A stretch of 64,000 nt of DNA from an uncultured virus (IMG/VR IMGVR_UViG_3300021375_000010) (Duplodnaviria; Heunggongvirae; Uroviricota; Caudoviricetes), in the IMG/VR virus record IMGVR_UViG_3300021375_000010; one strand, given 5' to 3'. Position 1 is the first letter of the stretch. Each line of letters opens with the position of its first letter. A model generated the notes under the pieces. The model did no database searches. It was given only the letters and a program-made list of their open reading frames with translations, and was not told the origin of the DNA. The translations under genes and the position numbers were made by a program. Of this stretch, positions 29,322 to 38,993 are shown piece after piece.

Positions 29322-30294
29322 AAGTAATCGACAATATGTGTCTGATGAAGATAAGACAGTAAGAATTAGGTCAGTAGAACCCGAATCTGACGGAAAATAC
29401 GTTTTTGGTCACACCAATGAAGCGACCATGTCTTTCATTGAGAATAGATATCTGATTCTTAGAGACTTTATACCACAAGATATCATTGATATGACAATGG
29501 ACACGTGGAAGACTATCGAAGGACAAGAAGACTCAGTACTCAAAAGAGAAGGCGACATCATATTTGAGTCACCTACAAAATCATTAGGTAAGTCAGTCGC
29601 TGCTTACTCATTTCCGCCTGCAGTAGCATTGCATAGATGGTTGTGGGAGAACCTAAAACCAGTATTAGATTTTGATTTAAAAGAAACCTATGCATACAGT
29701 AGAAAGTATGAACGAGGTGCATATCTAAAATCACACATGGATAGACCATCATGTGAGATTAGTGCTACTCTTTGTTTGGACTATTCATCCGATGATGGGT
29801 CACCATGGTCAATATGGATTCAGAATGATAAGAACTATCTTGGAAAGGACTTTGGTCATGACGAGATGTTTGAGATGACACAAGCACCACGTCATAAAGA
29901 CAGGACTGGTACAAAGGTTACACTACATCCAGGCGATGTCATGTTATATCAAGGGCCAAATTGTCCTCATTGGAGAGATTATTTTGTAGGAGAATTCTCA
30001 TACCATATGTTTTTACATTTTATAAGACAGCCAGGCCCAATTGATGAAATACCATTATCTACTGAACCAATTGCTCCTGGCCAATTTTGTGCTCAACATA
30101 ACAATCTTACGTGGGATGGGAGAGAAAATAGATACGGTAATGAGAGTAGCAATAAAAAGAACGAAAGATTCGCTTCGGCAAACAAAGCATGGCACAATGC
30201 ATCGCCCGAAGAAAGAGTACTATGGTCGAATCGTTATGATTTCGTGAGAGCAGAAGAGAAGAAAAGGAAAAAAAGGAATAATGACAGTATTTAA
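29311..30294 (+). CDS. 2OG-Fe(II) oxygenase-like protein (start uncertain, GTG 29311 or 29338)
   Basis: YAYSRKY, HMDRPSCEISAT (HxD), PGD..LYQG...HWR. Confidence 0.8.
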   Translation: MRYRSNRQYVSDEDKTVRIRSVEPESDGKYVFGHTNEATMSFIENRYLILRDFIPQDIIDMTMDTWKTIEGQEDSVLKREGDIIFESPTKSLGKSVAAYSFPPAVALHRWLWENLKPVLDFDLKETYAYSRKYERGAYLKSHMDRPSCEISATLCLDYSSDDGSPWSIWIQNDKNYLGKDFGHDEMFEMTQAPRHKDRTGTKVTLHPGDVMLYQGPNCPHWRDYFVGEFSYHMFLHFIRQPGPIDEIPLSTEPIAPGQFCAQHNNLTWDGRENRYGNESSNKKNERFASANKAWHNASPEERVLWSNRYDFVRAEEKKRKKRNNDSI

Positions 30295-31378
30295 CAAGAA
30301 CAACATAGACTTTACCAAAGAGAAATTATTTTTTGGTGAACCACTAAACACACAAAGATTTGATGAGTTCAAGTATCCTATATTTGATAAACTTACACAG
30401 ACACAACTAGGATTCTTTTGGAGACCCGAAGAGGTATCGCTACAGAAAGATAGGAGTGATTACAATTCACTGAACGATGCACAGAAGCACATCTTCACAT
30501 CCAATCTAAGATACCAAACACTATTGGATAGTGTACAAGGACGTGCTCCATCAATTGCATTCCTACCATTTGTGTCATTACCCGAGTTGGAATCTTGTAT
30601 CATTACATGGGACTTCATGGAGACTATACATTCACGTTCCTACACTCATATTATAAAGAATGTTTATAGTAACCCAAGTGATATCTTTGACACTATCTTA
30701 GATGAACCTGCTATTGTTGCACGTGCTGAGTCAGTAACTAAGAAATACGATGAGTTCATTGAATTAGGTAGACGTAGACTATTGGGATTGAAGGTAGATG
30801 ACTATGATTTATATAAAGCATTATACCTTGCACTTATAAGTGTAAACATTCTAGAAGGGATTAGATTCTTTGTATCATTTGCATGTTCATTTGCATTCGG
30901 TGAGTTGAAACTCATGGAAGGAAGTGCAAAGATTATATCTCTAATCGCAAGAGATGAATCACAACATCTTGCAGTGTCGCAACACATACTCAAAGCATAT
31001 AAGAATCAAGAGAATGATAAACTTATGCTTCAAGTGATGAAGGATTGTGAATCTGAAGTGTATACTATGTATGAGGATGCAGTCGCACAAGAGAAAGACT
31101 GGGCAGATTTCCTATTCCAACATGGGTCAATGATTGGTTTGAGTACACAACTGTTAGGAAACTATGTTGAATATACTGCTAATAAGAGATTACGTGCAAT
31201 TGGACTGAACCCTATATATGATATCAGTTCAACGAACAATCCACTACCATGGACATCACATTGGTTCAACAGTAGAGGATTACAGAATGCACCACAAGAG
31301 ACAGAAATAGAGTCGTATGTTATCGGTGGTATTACACAAGATGTAGACGACTCAACTTTTGAGGATTTTAAACTATGA
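30281..31378 (+). CDS. nrdB: Ribonucleotide reductase class Ia beta
   Basis: FFWRPEE, ETIHSRSY, LEGIRF, RDESQH, APQETE. Confidence 0.98.
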   Translation: MTVFNKNNIDFTKEKLFFGEPLNTQRFDEFKYPIFDKLTQTQLGFFWRPEEVSLQKDRSDYNSLNDAQKHIFTSNLRYQTLLDSVQGRAPSIAFLPFVSLPELESCIITWDFMETIHSRSYTHIIKNVYSNPSDIFDTILDEPAIVARAESVTKKYDEFIELGRRRLLGLKVDDYDLYKALYLALISVNILEGIRFFVSFACSFAFGELKLMEGSAKIISLIARDESQHLAVSQHILKAYKNQENDKLMLQVMKDCESEVYTMYEDAVAQEKDWADFLFQHGSMIGLSTQLLGNYVEYTANKRLRAIGLNPIYDISSTNNPLPWTSHWFNSRGLQNAPQETEIESYVIGGITQDVDDSTFEDFKL

Positions 31379-31614
31379 TTGAGATATTCGGAAAAACAAT
31401 GTGTCCATTTTGCGATAAAGCGAAAGCTCTATGTGAACAAAAAGGACTGGAATATACATATTCACAACTGGGTGAGGACTTCACTAGAGAAGAACTCTTC
31501 GAACAGTTTCCAACTGCAAGAACGTTTCCACAAATCAGAGTGGATGGTCAAGCGATTGGTGGTTATGATAAACTACTTGAGTGGACACGATACGGAGACG
31601 TATTGGCGGACTAA
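31375..31614 (+). CDS. nrdC: Glutaredoxin
   Basis: CPFC, RTFPQI, IGGY. Confidence 0.93.
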   Translation: MIEIFGKTMCPFCDKAKALCEQKGLEYTYSQLGEDFTREELFEQFPTARTFPQIRVDGQAIGGYDKLLEWTRYGDVLAD

Positions 31615-31892
31615 TGGCAATGTCAAATGAGTACTATCTATATCTACCTAAACTAAGTGACCAAGATGTTATATGTGAGAGGTGGAAACACCTCTTTGGG
31701 ATGATTGATAGAGAGTATCAAACTGTACGTATATACACTGCTGGACTTGAATTTCATACAGATGAAGCGAAACACCCATTACCATATGCTGTCTATAATG
31801 ACAAGAAGATGTCATTTGAGTCTCTTTATGAGAAAATTATGGTGAAAAGTGAGAAAGATAATACAGGATGGAGACCAAATTATGACAATTAA
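31614..31892 (+). CDS. Hypothetical protein
   Basis: TAATG coupling to nrdC. Confidence 0.6.
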   Translation: MAMSNEYYLYLPKLSDQDVICERWKHLFGMIDREYQTVRIYTAGLEFHTDEAKHPLPYAVYNDKKMSFESLYEKIMVKSEKDNTGWRPNYDN

Positions 31893-32064
31893 CCTTGACA
31901 ATGGCCACAACTTTTTAGTATCATGTAACAGTTGTAAGAGTGAATTCGAATGCTTTTATGATATGGATGAGAATCACTATATTATAGCACATTGTGTGTT
32001 CTGTGGTTCCGAAATAAGTGAAGATGAGGTTGAAAGAATTGATGACGAAGAAGATATGGTTTGA
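31882..32064 (+). CDS. Small zinc-ribbon protein
   Basis: CNSC...CVFCG; start uncertain. Confidence 0.6.
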   Translation: MTINLDNGHNFLVSCNSCKSEFECFYDMDENHYIIAHCVFCGSEISEDEVERIDDEEDMV

Positions 32065-32482
32065 CAATATAGACGTAACCTTTAAAGGACAAATCGCAGA
32101 GAAGAAACGAATCTCTAAATTTGTACGTTCTACCATACACTATTTTATGCCACGTCTCAGGCGGGACGTAGAAATCCAAATATCATTTACTAAATCTATA
32201 CCCGATGCACTAGGATATTGTCTTGGTGATAAAAACTTCATTGATATAGAAATCAGTAAAACCAACCCAATGACTGGTAAACCACAATCAATGTCACAGA
32301 TGATGATGACACTTGCACATGAACTAGTCCATGCCAAACAATTCTTACGTGGTGATTTAACACCATCTTTGGTGAACTACAAAGGTAAGAAATACAAGTT
32401 TACACCCTATTCCCGTCAACCTTGGGAACGTGAAGCATACAAGAAAGAAGAGATGATATATGACCTCTTTTGGTCAAAATGA
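32042..32482 (+). CDS. Zn metallopeptidase-like protein
   Basis: TLAHELVHAKQ (HExxH), PWEREAY. Confidence 0.8.
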   Translation: MTKKIWFDNIDVTFKGQIAEKKRISKFVRSTIHYFMPRLRRDVEIQISFTKSIPDALGYCLGDKNFIDIEISKTNPMTGKPQSMSQMMMTLAHELVHAKQFLRGDLTPSLVNYKGKKYKFTPYSRQPWEREAYKKEEMIYDLFWSK

Positions 32483-32484
32483 CC

Positions 32485-32514
32485 TTGACAATGGCCATAT
32501 AAATCGAGTATACT
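32485..32514 (+). promoter_or_regulatory. Sigma70-type promoter (leaderless)
   Basis: TTGACA-18-TATACT, ATG 6 nt downstream. Confidence 0.7.
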
Positions 32515-32520
32515 ATACGT

Positions 32521-33024
32521 ATGGAAAATAAAAGAGTAAAGAGAATCTTCATCGATATGGATGGAGTACTAGCGGATTTCAACACTGGAGTTGAAACATT
32601 GACAGGGAGAGAGTTCCCTAACACCGACCAAGGTCACAATGATTACGACCAAAGGAAGGAAGAGTTAACGAACAAGAGATTGTTCAGAATGTTACCACCT
32701 ATGCCAGATATGTATGATTTGGTAGGATATGTAAGACACACTGGATTGCCATGGGAAATCCTAACTGCAGCAGGTGTCATCAACAGAGAGTTGGTAGTGT
32801 TCGATAAGAATGAATGGATTAAGGAACATGTGAGTCCTACAGTGGTAGTCACTTGCACTATGACTGGTAGTCAGAAAGGTATGTTTGCAATCAAAGGAAG
32901 TGTCCTTATTGATGACAGACAAAAGAACCTTGATGCATGGGAAGAGCATGGAGGAATCGGTATCCTACACACGAGTGCAGAAGATACTATTGCTCAACTT
33001 AAAGAACTAAGAAAGAACGACTAA
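32521..33024 (+). CDS. HAD-family 5'(3')-deoxyribonucleotidase
   Basis: IDMDGVLADF, ILTA, K..W, LIDD. Confidence 0.88.
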   Translation: MENKRVKRIFIDMDGVLADFNTGVETLTGREFPNTDQGHNDYDQRKEELTNKRLFRMLPPMPDMYDLVGYVRHTGLPWEILTAAGVINRELVVFDKNEWIKEHVSPTVVVTCTMTGSQKGMFAIKGSVLIDDRQKNLDAWEEHGGIGILHTSAEDTIAQLKELRKND

Positions 33025-33043
33025 AAATAGTCCTTCGTTGACC

Positions 33044-33080
33044 CCTAAATATAAGACTAGCAAACACTAGTCTTATATTT
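33044..33080 (+). promoter_or_regulatory. Late promoter embedded in 14-bp perfect inverted repeat
   Basis: CCTAAATA 33044-51; AAATATAAGACTAG-CAAACA-CTAGTCTTATATTT. Confidence 0.65.
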
Positions 33081-33101
33081 TATATTATGGGAAGGTTAAT
33101 T

Positions 33102-33329
33102 ATGTGGGAAAAATTTAAACTATGGGTGAAGATGATTCTATCGCCCCTCTATGAAATCACCGTATATCGACAGTCAGAACAGACTGGTCAGATGTACAAA
33201 TCGCAATATGTTGCACGTAAAATCTTCGTGCAGAAAGAAAAACATCTTAAGTTTAGAGACTTCGATTCTAAAAAGACAGTAGAGATACGGTCAGCGAGTG
33301 GACTCGACTATAAGATAGAGGAGAAGTAA
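33102..33329 (+). CDS. Hypothetical protein
   Basis: GGAAGG RBS; alternative start 33087. Confidence 0.6.
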   Translation: MWEKFKLWVKMILSPLYEITVYRQSEQTGQMYKSQYVARKIFVQKEKHLKFRDFDSKKTVEIRSASGLDYKIEEK

Positions 33330-33330
33330 C

Positions 33331-33714
33331 ATGAATCAATTTTTCATTGGTATCATTATCGTACTCAGTTTAGGTGGTTACTATCTGTATCAACAAAATG
33401 AAGTGTTGGTAAAGAATAACGCTGCTCTTGAGGTTGCGGTAAAAGAACAACAAGATGCTATTGCATCGATTAAGGAGAACTTCGAAAGACAATCACAAGC
33501 ACTATCGAATCTCACAAGACAAAACGCACAGATTGAGGCGGATAAGGCACAATACCTTTCAATCTTAAGTAAACACAACTTCGAGAAACTATCCGTTGCA
33601 AAGCCTGGGTTGATGGAACTAAGATTCAACAAAGGCACCGAAGAAGTAATTAGGGGGATAGAAGATGATTCAAAAGCAATTAGTAATCTTGAGTCTACTA
33701 GTTCTAACGACTAG
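33331..33714 (+). CDS. Inner-membrane spanin (Rz/PseT.3-like)
   Basis: N-terminal TM, coiled coil, AKPGL.E...NKGT; overlaps a lipoprotein gene. Confidence 0.8.
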   Translation: MNQFFIGIIIVLSLGGYYLYQQNEVLVKNNAALEVAVKEQQDAIASIKENFERQSQALSNLTRQNAQIEADKAQYLSILSKHNFEKLSVAKPGLMELRFNKGTEEVIRGIEDDSKAISNLESTSSND

Positions 33715-34192
33715 TTGTTCATTACTTCCACAGAGGGAAGTGCAGATAGTATCTAAACCTGTAGAGATAGATATTATACAACCAACACTACCAAGACCAC
33801 TTGAACTTGGAGTTCCTAAATGGTACGTAGTATCAGAAGCACGTATAACAAATCCATGTAAAAGGACTATACCATTCGAACCTAAGAGATTCAATGACGA
33901 AGGTGTAGAACAACTCAAAAGACCAAAGACATGTGATTTACTCGAAAGGGAGAATCCCGATTGGCCAGTTGGTTACACATACTTAGATAGGTTCTTGGAT
34001 GAAATGAAAGCACAGAACAGTGGTGATGTGGTTTTTGTTGCATCTACAGTAGGTGATTACAAAGTCATGATACAGAACAATCAAGAGATTAAGAGATACA
34101 TCAAACAACTCGGTGAAGTGATTGTAGTGTATCGTAATGTAACCATGAAAGATGGTTCACAGGGTGTAGTAGCAGAGGTGCAATCTAAGTGA
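33665..34192 (+). CDS. Outer-membrane spanin lipoprotein (Rz1/PseT.2-like)
   Basis: Lipobox LTTSC, Pro-rich stretch, RYIKQL..VIVVY. Confidence 0.78.
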   Translation: MIQKQLVILSLLVLTTSCSLLPQREVQIVSKPVEIDIIQPTLPRPLELGVPKWYVVSEARITNPCKRTIPFEPKRFNDEGVEQLKRPKTCDLLERENPDWPVGYTYLDRFLDEMKAQNSGDVVFVASTVGDYKVMIQNNQEIKRYIKQLGEVIVVYRNVTMKDGSQGVVAEVQSK

Positions 34193-34968
34193 CCCATCAA
34201 CCCCAAAAGGCATCAATCTTCCCAGTCTTTCCAATCTACATGTTGCATGGAGAATTGGAAGCAGACCACCACAAGGTAGCAGAATCGTGTAGAAGAGCAG
34301 TCGCTAAGGTCAAGAGAAGACGTAAGGGGAATACTGCAATGGATTACACCACATACTTTGATGGTGATATCCGTGAAGAGATGCAAAAAGAGTCGTGGTT
34401 TATAGACATGACAAACAAACTTAAAGACACATACATCGATTATATAAATGCCACATACGGATGTAGAGTGGCACATTTGTCAAGACATGATGTACATTTC
34501 TTCTGTTGGGTCAACGTCTACAATAAAGCACATCACCATGAAATGCATAACCATGTCAACTCATATGTGAGTGGTACTTACTATGTTAAGACGGATAGTG
34601 ACTCACAACCAATCAAATTTGTATCACCAAATGCAATGATGGATTTTGGATTACAAACAGTTGCAAACCCATCCCCCCCAAAAAATTACATGCCACAAAA
34701 CACGTGTATTCTTGGTAGTGGGATGCATGAATCTGAATTAATGTTTCACCCACAATGTGGTGAGTTTTTGATGTGGCCCTCAGCAATGTTCCATTCAGTA
34801 CCACCCATCACAGATTTTAATGAATTACCCGATGATTATGAGAGGATTTCTATCTCATTTAATTTAGACCACGCTAGAGAGAATTTGGAATGCAAGGAAC
34901 TTGGTGACCAATTTCACTATAGCACAGTACATAAGGAGGAAGACCCATGGGACAACCGTTCTCAATAG
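34189..34968 (+). CDS. 2OG-Fe(II) oxygenase (TIGR02466-like)
   Basis: WVNVY, HNH, SGTYY, WPS.MFHSV, RISISFN. Confidence 0.85.
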   Translation: MTHQPQKASIFPVFPIYMLHGELEADHHKVAESCRRAVAKVKRRRKGNTAMDYTTYFDGDIREEMQKESWFIDMTNKLKDTYIDYINATYGCRVAHLSRHDVHFFCWVNVYNKAHHHEMHNHVNSYVSGTYYVKTDSDSQPIKFVSPNAMMDFGLQTVANPSPPKNYMPQNTCILGSGMHESELMFHPQCGEFLMWPSAMFHSVPPITDFNELPDDYERISISFNLDHARENLECKELGDQFHYSTVHKEEDPWDNRSQ

Positions 34969-35645
34969 ATAAGATGTTTCGTCCATCGCCAAAATGGAAC
35001 GTTCAATACGATAAAGAAAACCAAGTCATCACAATTGATGATTTTTACGAAGACCCCGATACAATCTATGATTGGTTGACAAATGCGGACTATCCTCTAT
35101 GGAAATACAGTGAAGAAATAGAAACACTTAATGGTAAAGTGTACAATGATTGTAGAAACACACTAGCAATCTCACATCCAACAAGAATGTGGGAGATGAA
35201 CATAGAAAGACTCAGTCAAATATGTGGTAATGTATGGTGGAAAAAAGGATACGAAACTGCACAAGCATTCGAATGGAATATATTTCAAACCATTGAGTGT
35301 TTTGATAATAAGATGCAACACTACCCACACGTTGATTCGCCATTAACTCAAACAGATGAAGCATCTACCATCAATGTGTTATGGTATATGGATAAAGAAG
35401 AAAGTGGTGGGACTGCAGTATACAATGGTGAGTGGATTACTAACGATGAGAGACATAGTCTCCTATTCCCAGTAGAAGACCAATTTGAGGTAGCACACAT
35501 GATTCCTGCTAAGTTCAATAGATGTGTCATGTTCCCTGGCAATAGATTGCATGGAGCATGGATTGATGACTACACTAAATACACTGGAGATAAATGGAGA
35601 ATAAGTCAAGTACAATTTCTCCACCCACGTAATAGTAACAGATAA
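34947..35645 (+). CDS. 2OG-Fe(II) oxygenase-like (DUF6445 type)
   Basis: IDDFYEDPD, PHVD, GGTAVY, KFNRCVMF...LHG, R..QV.F. Confidence 0.8.
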   Translation: MGQPFSIDKMFRPSPKWNVQYDKENQVITIDDFYEDPDTIYDWLTNADYPLWKYSEEIETLNGKVYNDCRNTLAISHPTRMWEMNIERLSQICGNVWWKKGYETAQAFEWNIFQTIECFDNKMQHYPHVDSPLTQTDEASTINVLWYMDKEESGGTAVYNGEWITNDERHSLLFPVEDQFEVAHMIPAKFNRCVMFPGNRLHGAWIDDYTKYTGDKWRISQVQFLHPRNSNR

Positions 35646-35661
35646 TTAAAGGTAAAGAAAA

Positions 35662-36411
35662 ATGTCAGAAGAATTTGTAGAAGCACAAAATTTAAACTCA
35701 TCATTCCTATACATAGGACATGGAGTAATCGACCCCGATATATGTGAGGAGTTCATCAAGATGTGGGAACTCGCAGAATACACAGAAATAACATATCCAG
35801 TTGAGTCGAACAAAAACATAGTTGAATGTGTTAATGAGGAAGAGAACGATAGACTGAAGTATGTTGACCATATGAATAGGGATATCTATTCTATCGGTGA
35901 GAGCAATCCACACTTCGAAATGGTTGAGGAAGTGATTAGACCATTACTACCCCTTACACATGATTTAGATGAAATCACATATATGAGTATTATTGGTTAT
36001 CCTGCTAATACTGCTATGCCGATGCATCAAGATGATGCAGATAGTGCTGATACAGCAACCCTCGTAGTACCATTGAATGACGACTTTAGAGGTGGTGATT
36101 TCATGATTGACGACCACGTCATCAAACCATATACTGGTAGTATGATTGTGTTCAATAATTGTGTGAATAGATTCCATGGTGTTAACCCTGTTATCATGGG
36201 TGAGAGATTCTCATTATGTGTGTGGTTCACTAATCCCGAACAAGAAGTAGAACATGGTGGAACAGAAATGCCAACAGGATATGTCAGTATGGATGAAGAT
36301 TCCGATAGACTGCCTGAGACAAATGAAGACCGTATTGCTCGGTTAGAGGAAGATTCTACTACAGAACAAGAGGGTAGAAAGAAATTTAATAGCGTCATTA
36401 TAAATGACTAA
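35662..36411 (+). CDS. 2OG-Fe(II) oxygenase (prolyl hydroxylase-like)
   Basis: HQD, LNDDFRGG, HGVNPV..GERFS. Confidence 0.85.
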   Translation: MSEEFVEAQNLNSSFLYIGHGVIDPDICEEFIKMWELAEYTEITYPVESNKNIVECVNEEENDRLKYVDHMNRDIYSIGESNPHFEMVEEVIRPLLPLTHDLDEITYMSIIGYPANTAMPMHQDDADSADTATLVVPLNDDFRGGDFMIDDHVIKPYTGSMIVFNNCVNRFHGVNPVIMGERFSLCVWFTNPEQEVEHGGTEMPTGYVSMDEDSDRLPETNEDRIARLEEDSTTEQEGRKKFNSVIIND

Positions 36412-36550
36412 CACGTATCCATGTAGTGTGTGCGGAGTATCCATCAATCATGAGGATATAAAGTATCACACTATGGACACTAGACATGTGTTTTGCGGTG
36501 CAGAATGCAGTCTAAAATATCATGAGGAGAAAAGGAATGCCACCAGTTAA
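36404..36550 (+). CDS. Small Cys-rich metal-binding protein (48 aa)
   Basis: Hand-translated CSVC...VFCGAEC (TRASH/MYM-like). Confidence 0.55.
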   Translation: MTNTYPCSVCGVSINHEDIKYHTMDTRHVFCGAECSLKYHEEKRNATS

Positions 36551-36767
36551 ATTCGGCAAATCACAAACCATCAAAGATAGGAATACTGGTAAATCTACCA
36601 TCAAACACGAGTACATGAAAACTCAGAGTACTTCAGTCTTGATAGAGAAATACAACAATTCCAACACTACAGGAAGACTCAAACAAAAGATAAAGAATGA
36701 GTTAGTCCGTAGAATGGGACAGGGTGGCAAAAAGATTGAGTTCGTCCCTAAACCAGTTGCACTTTGA
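36537..36767 (+). CDS. Small basic hypothetical protein
   Basis: KQKIKNELVRR; GAGGAG RBS. Confidence 0.65.
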   Translation: MPPVKFGKSQTIKDRNTGKSTIKHEYMKTQSTSVLIEKYNNSNTTGRLKQKIKNELVRRMGQGGKKIEFVPKPVAL

Positions 36768-37402
36768 TATCGAAGGAACAACTCAAACACTATAACGAAT
36801 GGGGGTGGGTACATCTACCTTCTGTTATACCGTCTGATTTGCTGTCTATCGCACGTAAGGAAGGACTTGCACTCAGACAATGGATGCTGGACAATAACAT
36901 GAAAGGAAAACCATGTTATTATGGGCCAGAGGTACACTGGGACGGAATAGCATGTGCTATGATGTACGAACAGAAACTAGAGAAATGTTATAAGGCACCT
37001 TTTATGAGAGAGATTGCAATCACACTACTAGGAACAGATTTACCACATCTGTTCAATGACCAAATGGTCTATAAGATGGGTAAGGGAATCGATGATGATT
37101 TCGCATTTGAACCCCATTACGATAATCAATACGGGAGTAATGCTAATAATGCAATACATACTGTAAACTGTTCATGGATATTAGATGACATGAACTTTAG
37201 GAATGGTGGACTTCAAGTCAAAGACACTGAACTGAATTATAAGTTTAATGCTGGAGACATTGTTGCCATCAAAGGTGATACATATCACGAGAGTACACCT
37301 AACATGACAGATGAACCAAGAGGTCTATATGCATGTGTGTACACCGAAAAACCCATGAAGATGGATGCATTCTACAATGGGATTTTCGACAAGGGGCTAT
37401 AG
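36764..37402 (+). CDS. Phytanoyl-CoA dioxygenase (PhyH)-family oxygenase
   Basis: EQLKHYNEWGW, HYD, WI.LDD...NGGL, AGD...H.S.PN..R; TTG start. Confidence 0.85.
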   Translation: MISKEQLKHYNEWGWVHLPSVIPSDLLSIARKEGLALRQWMLDNNMKGKPCYYGPEVHWDGIACAMMYEQKLEKCYKAPFMREIAITLLGTDLPHLFNDQMVYKMGKGIDDDFAFEPHYDNQYGSNANNAIHTVNCSWILDDMNFRNGGLQVKDTELNYKFNAGDIVAIKGDTYHESTPNMTDEPRGLYACVYTEKPMKMDAFYNGIFDKGL

Positions 37403-37468
37403 CTCAGTAGGGAGAGCGACTGGTTTGCAACCAGTAGGTCGTGGGTTCGATTCCCTCTAGCTCCACCA
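37393..37468 (+). tRNA. tRNA-Ala(TGC)
   Basis: GGGGCTA/TAGCTCC with G3:U70, ACTGG-TTTGCAA-CCAGT, CCA. Confidence 0.96.
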
Positions 37469-37490
37469 TGACAAGAAGAGGAAGAGTACA

Positions 37491-37688
37491 ATGTTGTACG
37501 CAGATTATATGTTTGAAGTGAATGAGAATGGTATATGTTTCACCGATAGACATAAGGATGAAATGTTAACCACGGAACAAACAAAACTGGTGGTAGGTGA
37601 AACACTCACCGTTCAGTTGGATGAGTTTGACCGTATATGCTTAGTGAGGCAACATGCTAAAGGAAATGAAGGAAACTTTCACAGTTAA
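37491..37688 (+). CDS. Hypothetical protein
   Basis: GAGG RBS, 65 aa. Confidence 0.55.
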   Translation: MLYADYMFEVNENGICFTDRHKDEMLTTEQTKLVVGETLTVQLDEFDRICLVRQHAKGNEGNFHS

Positions 37689-37788
37689 TAAAATCTATCA
37701 ATCGAGATGGGTGTGGTATCACACTATATTAGCTGCAGAGATATTCTTAACCAACATATTATTGATTGCGATATTGGTCAAACTCTAA
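37666..37788 (+). CDS. Small membrane peptide (40 aa)
   Basis: Hand-translated ...RWVWYHTILAAEIFLTNILLIAILVKL. Confidence 0.55.
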   Translation: MKETFTVNKIYQSRWVWYHTILAAEIFLTNILLIAILVKL

Positions 37789-37906
37789 TCGCCTATATAA
37801 TAATGTTACAATGTTGTAACATTACTGAAACACTTAAGACACAAGACTAAGTACCTATATGGGAAGTGCAGTTGTCGGATAGTTTCAAACATAACAGGAG
37901 ACGAAA

Positions 37907-38020
37907 ATGTATTATTACACATCATTGTCTGCCTCGTATCTTAGGACACAAGCAGACAAATTTAATGATTTTATGAAATCAGGTACACTCAGTAGAGTTA
38001 TCGAGAATTCATTTAAATAA
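37907..38020 (+). CDS. Small hypothetical peptide (37 aa)
   Basis: AGGAG RBS; MYYYTSLSASYLRTQADKF... Confidence 0.5.
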   Translation: MYYYTSLSASYLRTQADKFNDFMKSGTLSRVIENSFK

Positions 38021-38024
38021 CCAC

Positions 38025-38067
38025 TTGACAATTATCCCATGTGCCCATTATAATGGGTATATGGGAT
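38025..38067 (+). promoter_or_regulatory. Sigma70-type promoter with palindrome centred on -10
   Basis: TTGACA-18-TATAAT; ATCCCATGTGCCCATTA|TAATGGGTATATGGGAT. Confidence 0.65.
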
Positions 38068-38123
38068 TACCTATATAAATTAGGTAACTAACGAACTATA
38101 TTATTTTACAGGAGAAATATATA

Positions 38124-38993
38124 ATGGCAATTCAAATTATCACCTCAAAAATTGGTGATTCTTGCACAACTGAGGATATCAACAGATTACACCTCGAAAT
38201 GTCACGTAAGAGAATCTTTACGATGACCGCACCAAACCAAATCATCAACCTTCATTGTCTTACGGACGATGCTACGGGATTGCATGAAGATATCAAAATC
38301 ATTGATTACGTAGAGAACGAGTCCATCACGGATGTTCGATTCAATATGTTGCAATTCATGGATTCGACTAACGGATTCGACCCACATGACAAAATCATTT
38401 TATGGGATGCAATGTTACACCCACTTGATTTATGTCAGACTAGGGTGATTGCTGGATTCCCACCTGCTGGTGACCATAGAGAAGCACTAGACTTCATCCC
38501 CGATATGGACTTGGAACTTGGTATGAAAATCAAGAACGACATGCTTCCGTTTTTACAACTTGTGACTAAGTGGTGGGATACAGAAGACTTAGGATATGAG
38601 GACTGGTACGTATCATTCAATGGTAGTGACTGTTCGCATCTTTGTCGTAAATTTGAAGAAGACCCAGTAGCGGCACAATCCACATCATTCGCAGAGTTCC
38701 TATCAACAAACTTCAAAGGAGTATTGTTACCAACAGAACCAGGCGCATTCTCTCCTTATTACGTAGGGAATAAAGAAAAGACCGATGAGTTAAACACTCA
38801 GTGGGAAACCAGTGTAAGACCTTATTTCCCCGATGCATGGACAGGACATGGTGGTGAAGAAGAAGCACCATTCCTCGAATGGAATCATGAGTATAGGGAC
38901 GTAACAAAACAGGTCAAATTCCTATACCTCGACAATACAGAAAACAATATGAATCCAAAAGATGACTGGTATCTTTTGTTGTGGTTCCTGTAA
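38124..38993 (+). CDS. Divergent glycosyltransferase-like (GT-A) protein
   Basis: SKIGD...INRL...HCLTDDATGL resembles phage KWG..Y/CLTDD GT-like family. Confidence 0.45.
   Translation: MAIQIITSKIGDSCTTEDINRLHLEMSRKRIFTMTAPNQIINLHCLTDDATGLHEDIKIIDYVENESITDVRFNMLQFMDSTNGFDPHDKIILWDAMLHPLDLCQTRVIAGFPPAGDHREALDFIPDMDLELGMKIKNDMLPFLQLVTKWWDTEDLGYEDWYVSFNGSDCSHLCRKFEEDPVAAQSTSFAEFLSTNFKGVLLPTEPGAFSPYYVGNKEKTDELNTQWETSVRPYFPDAWTGHGGEEEAPFLEWNHEYRDVTKQVKFLYLDNTENNMNPKDDWYLLLWFL

Noticed and set aside
5288..31378. Introns or inteins in gp43, gp41, nrdA, nrdB
   Set aside because: All are uninterrupted and of normal length; the gene between nrdA and nrdB is an oxygenase, not a homing endonuclease
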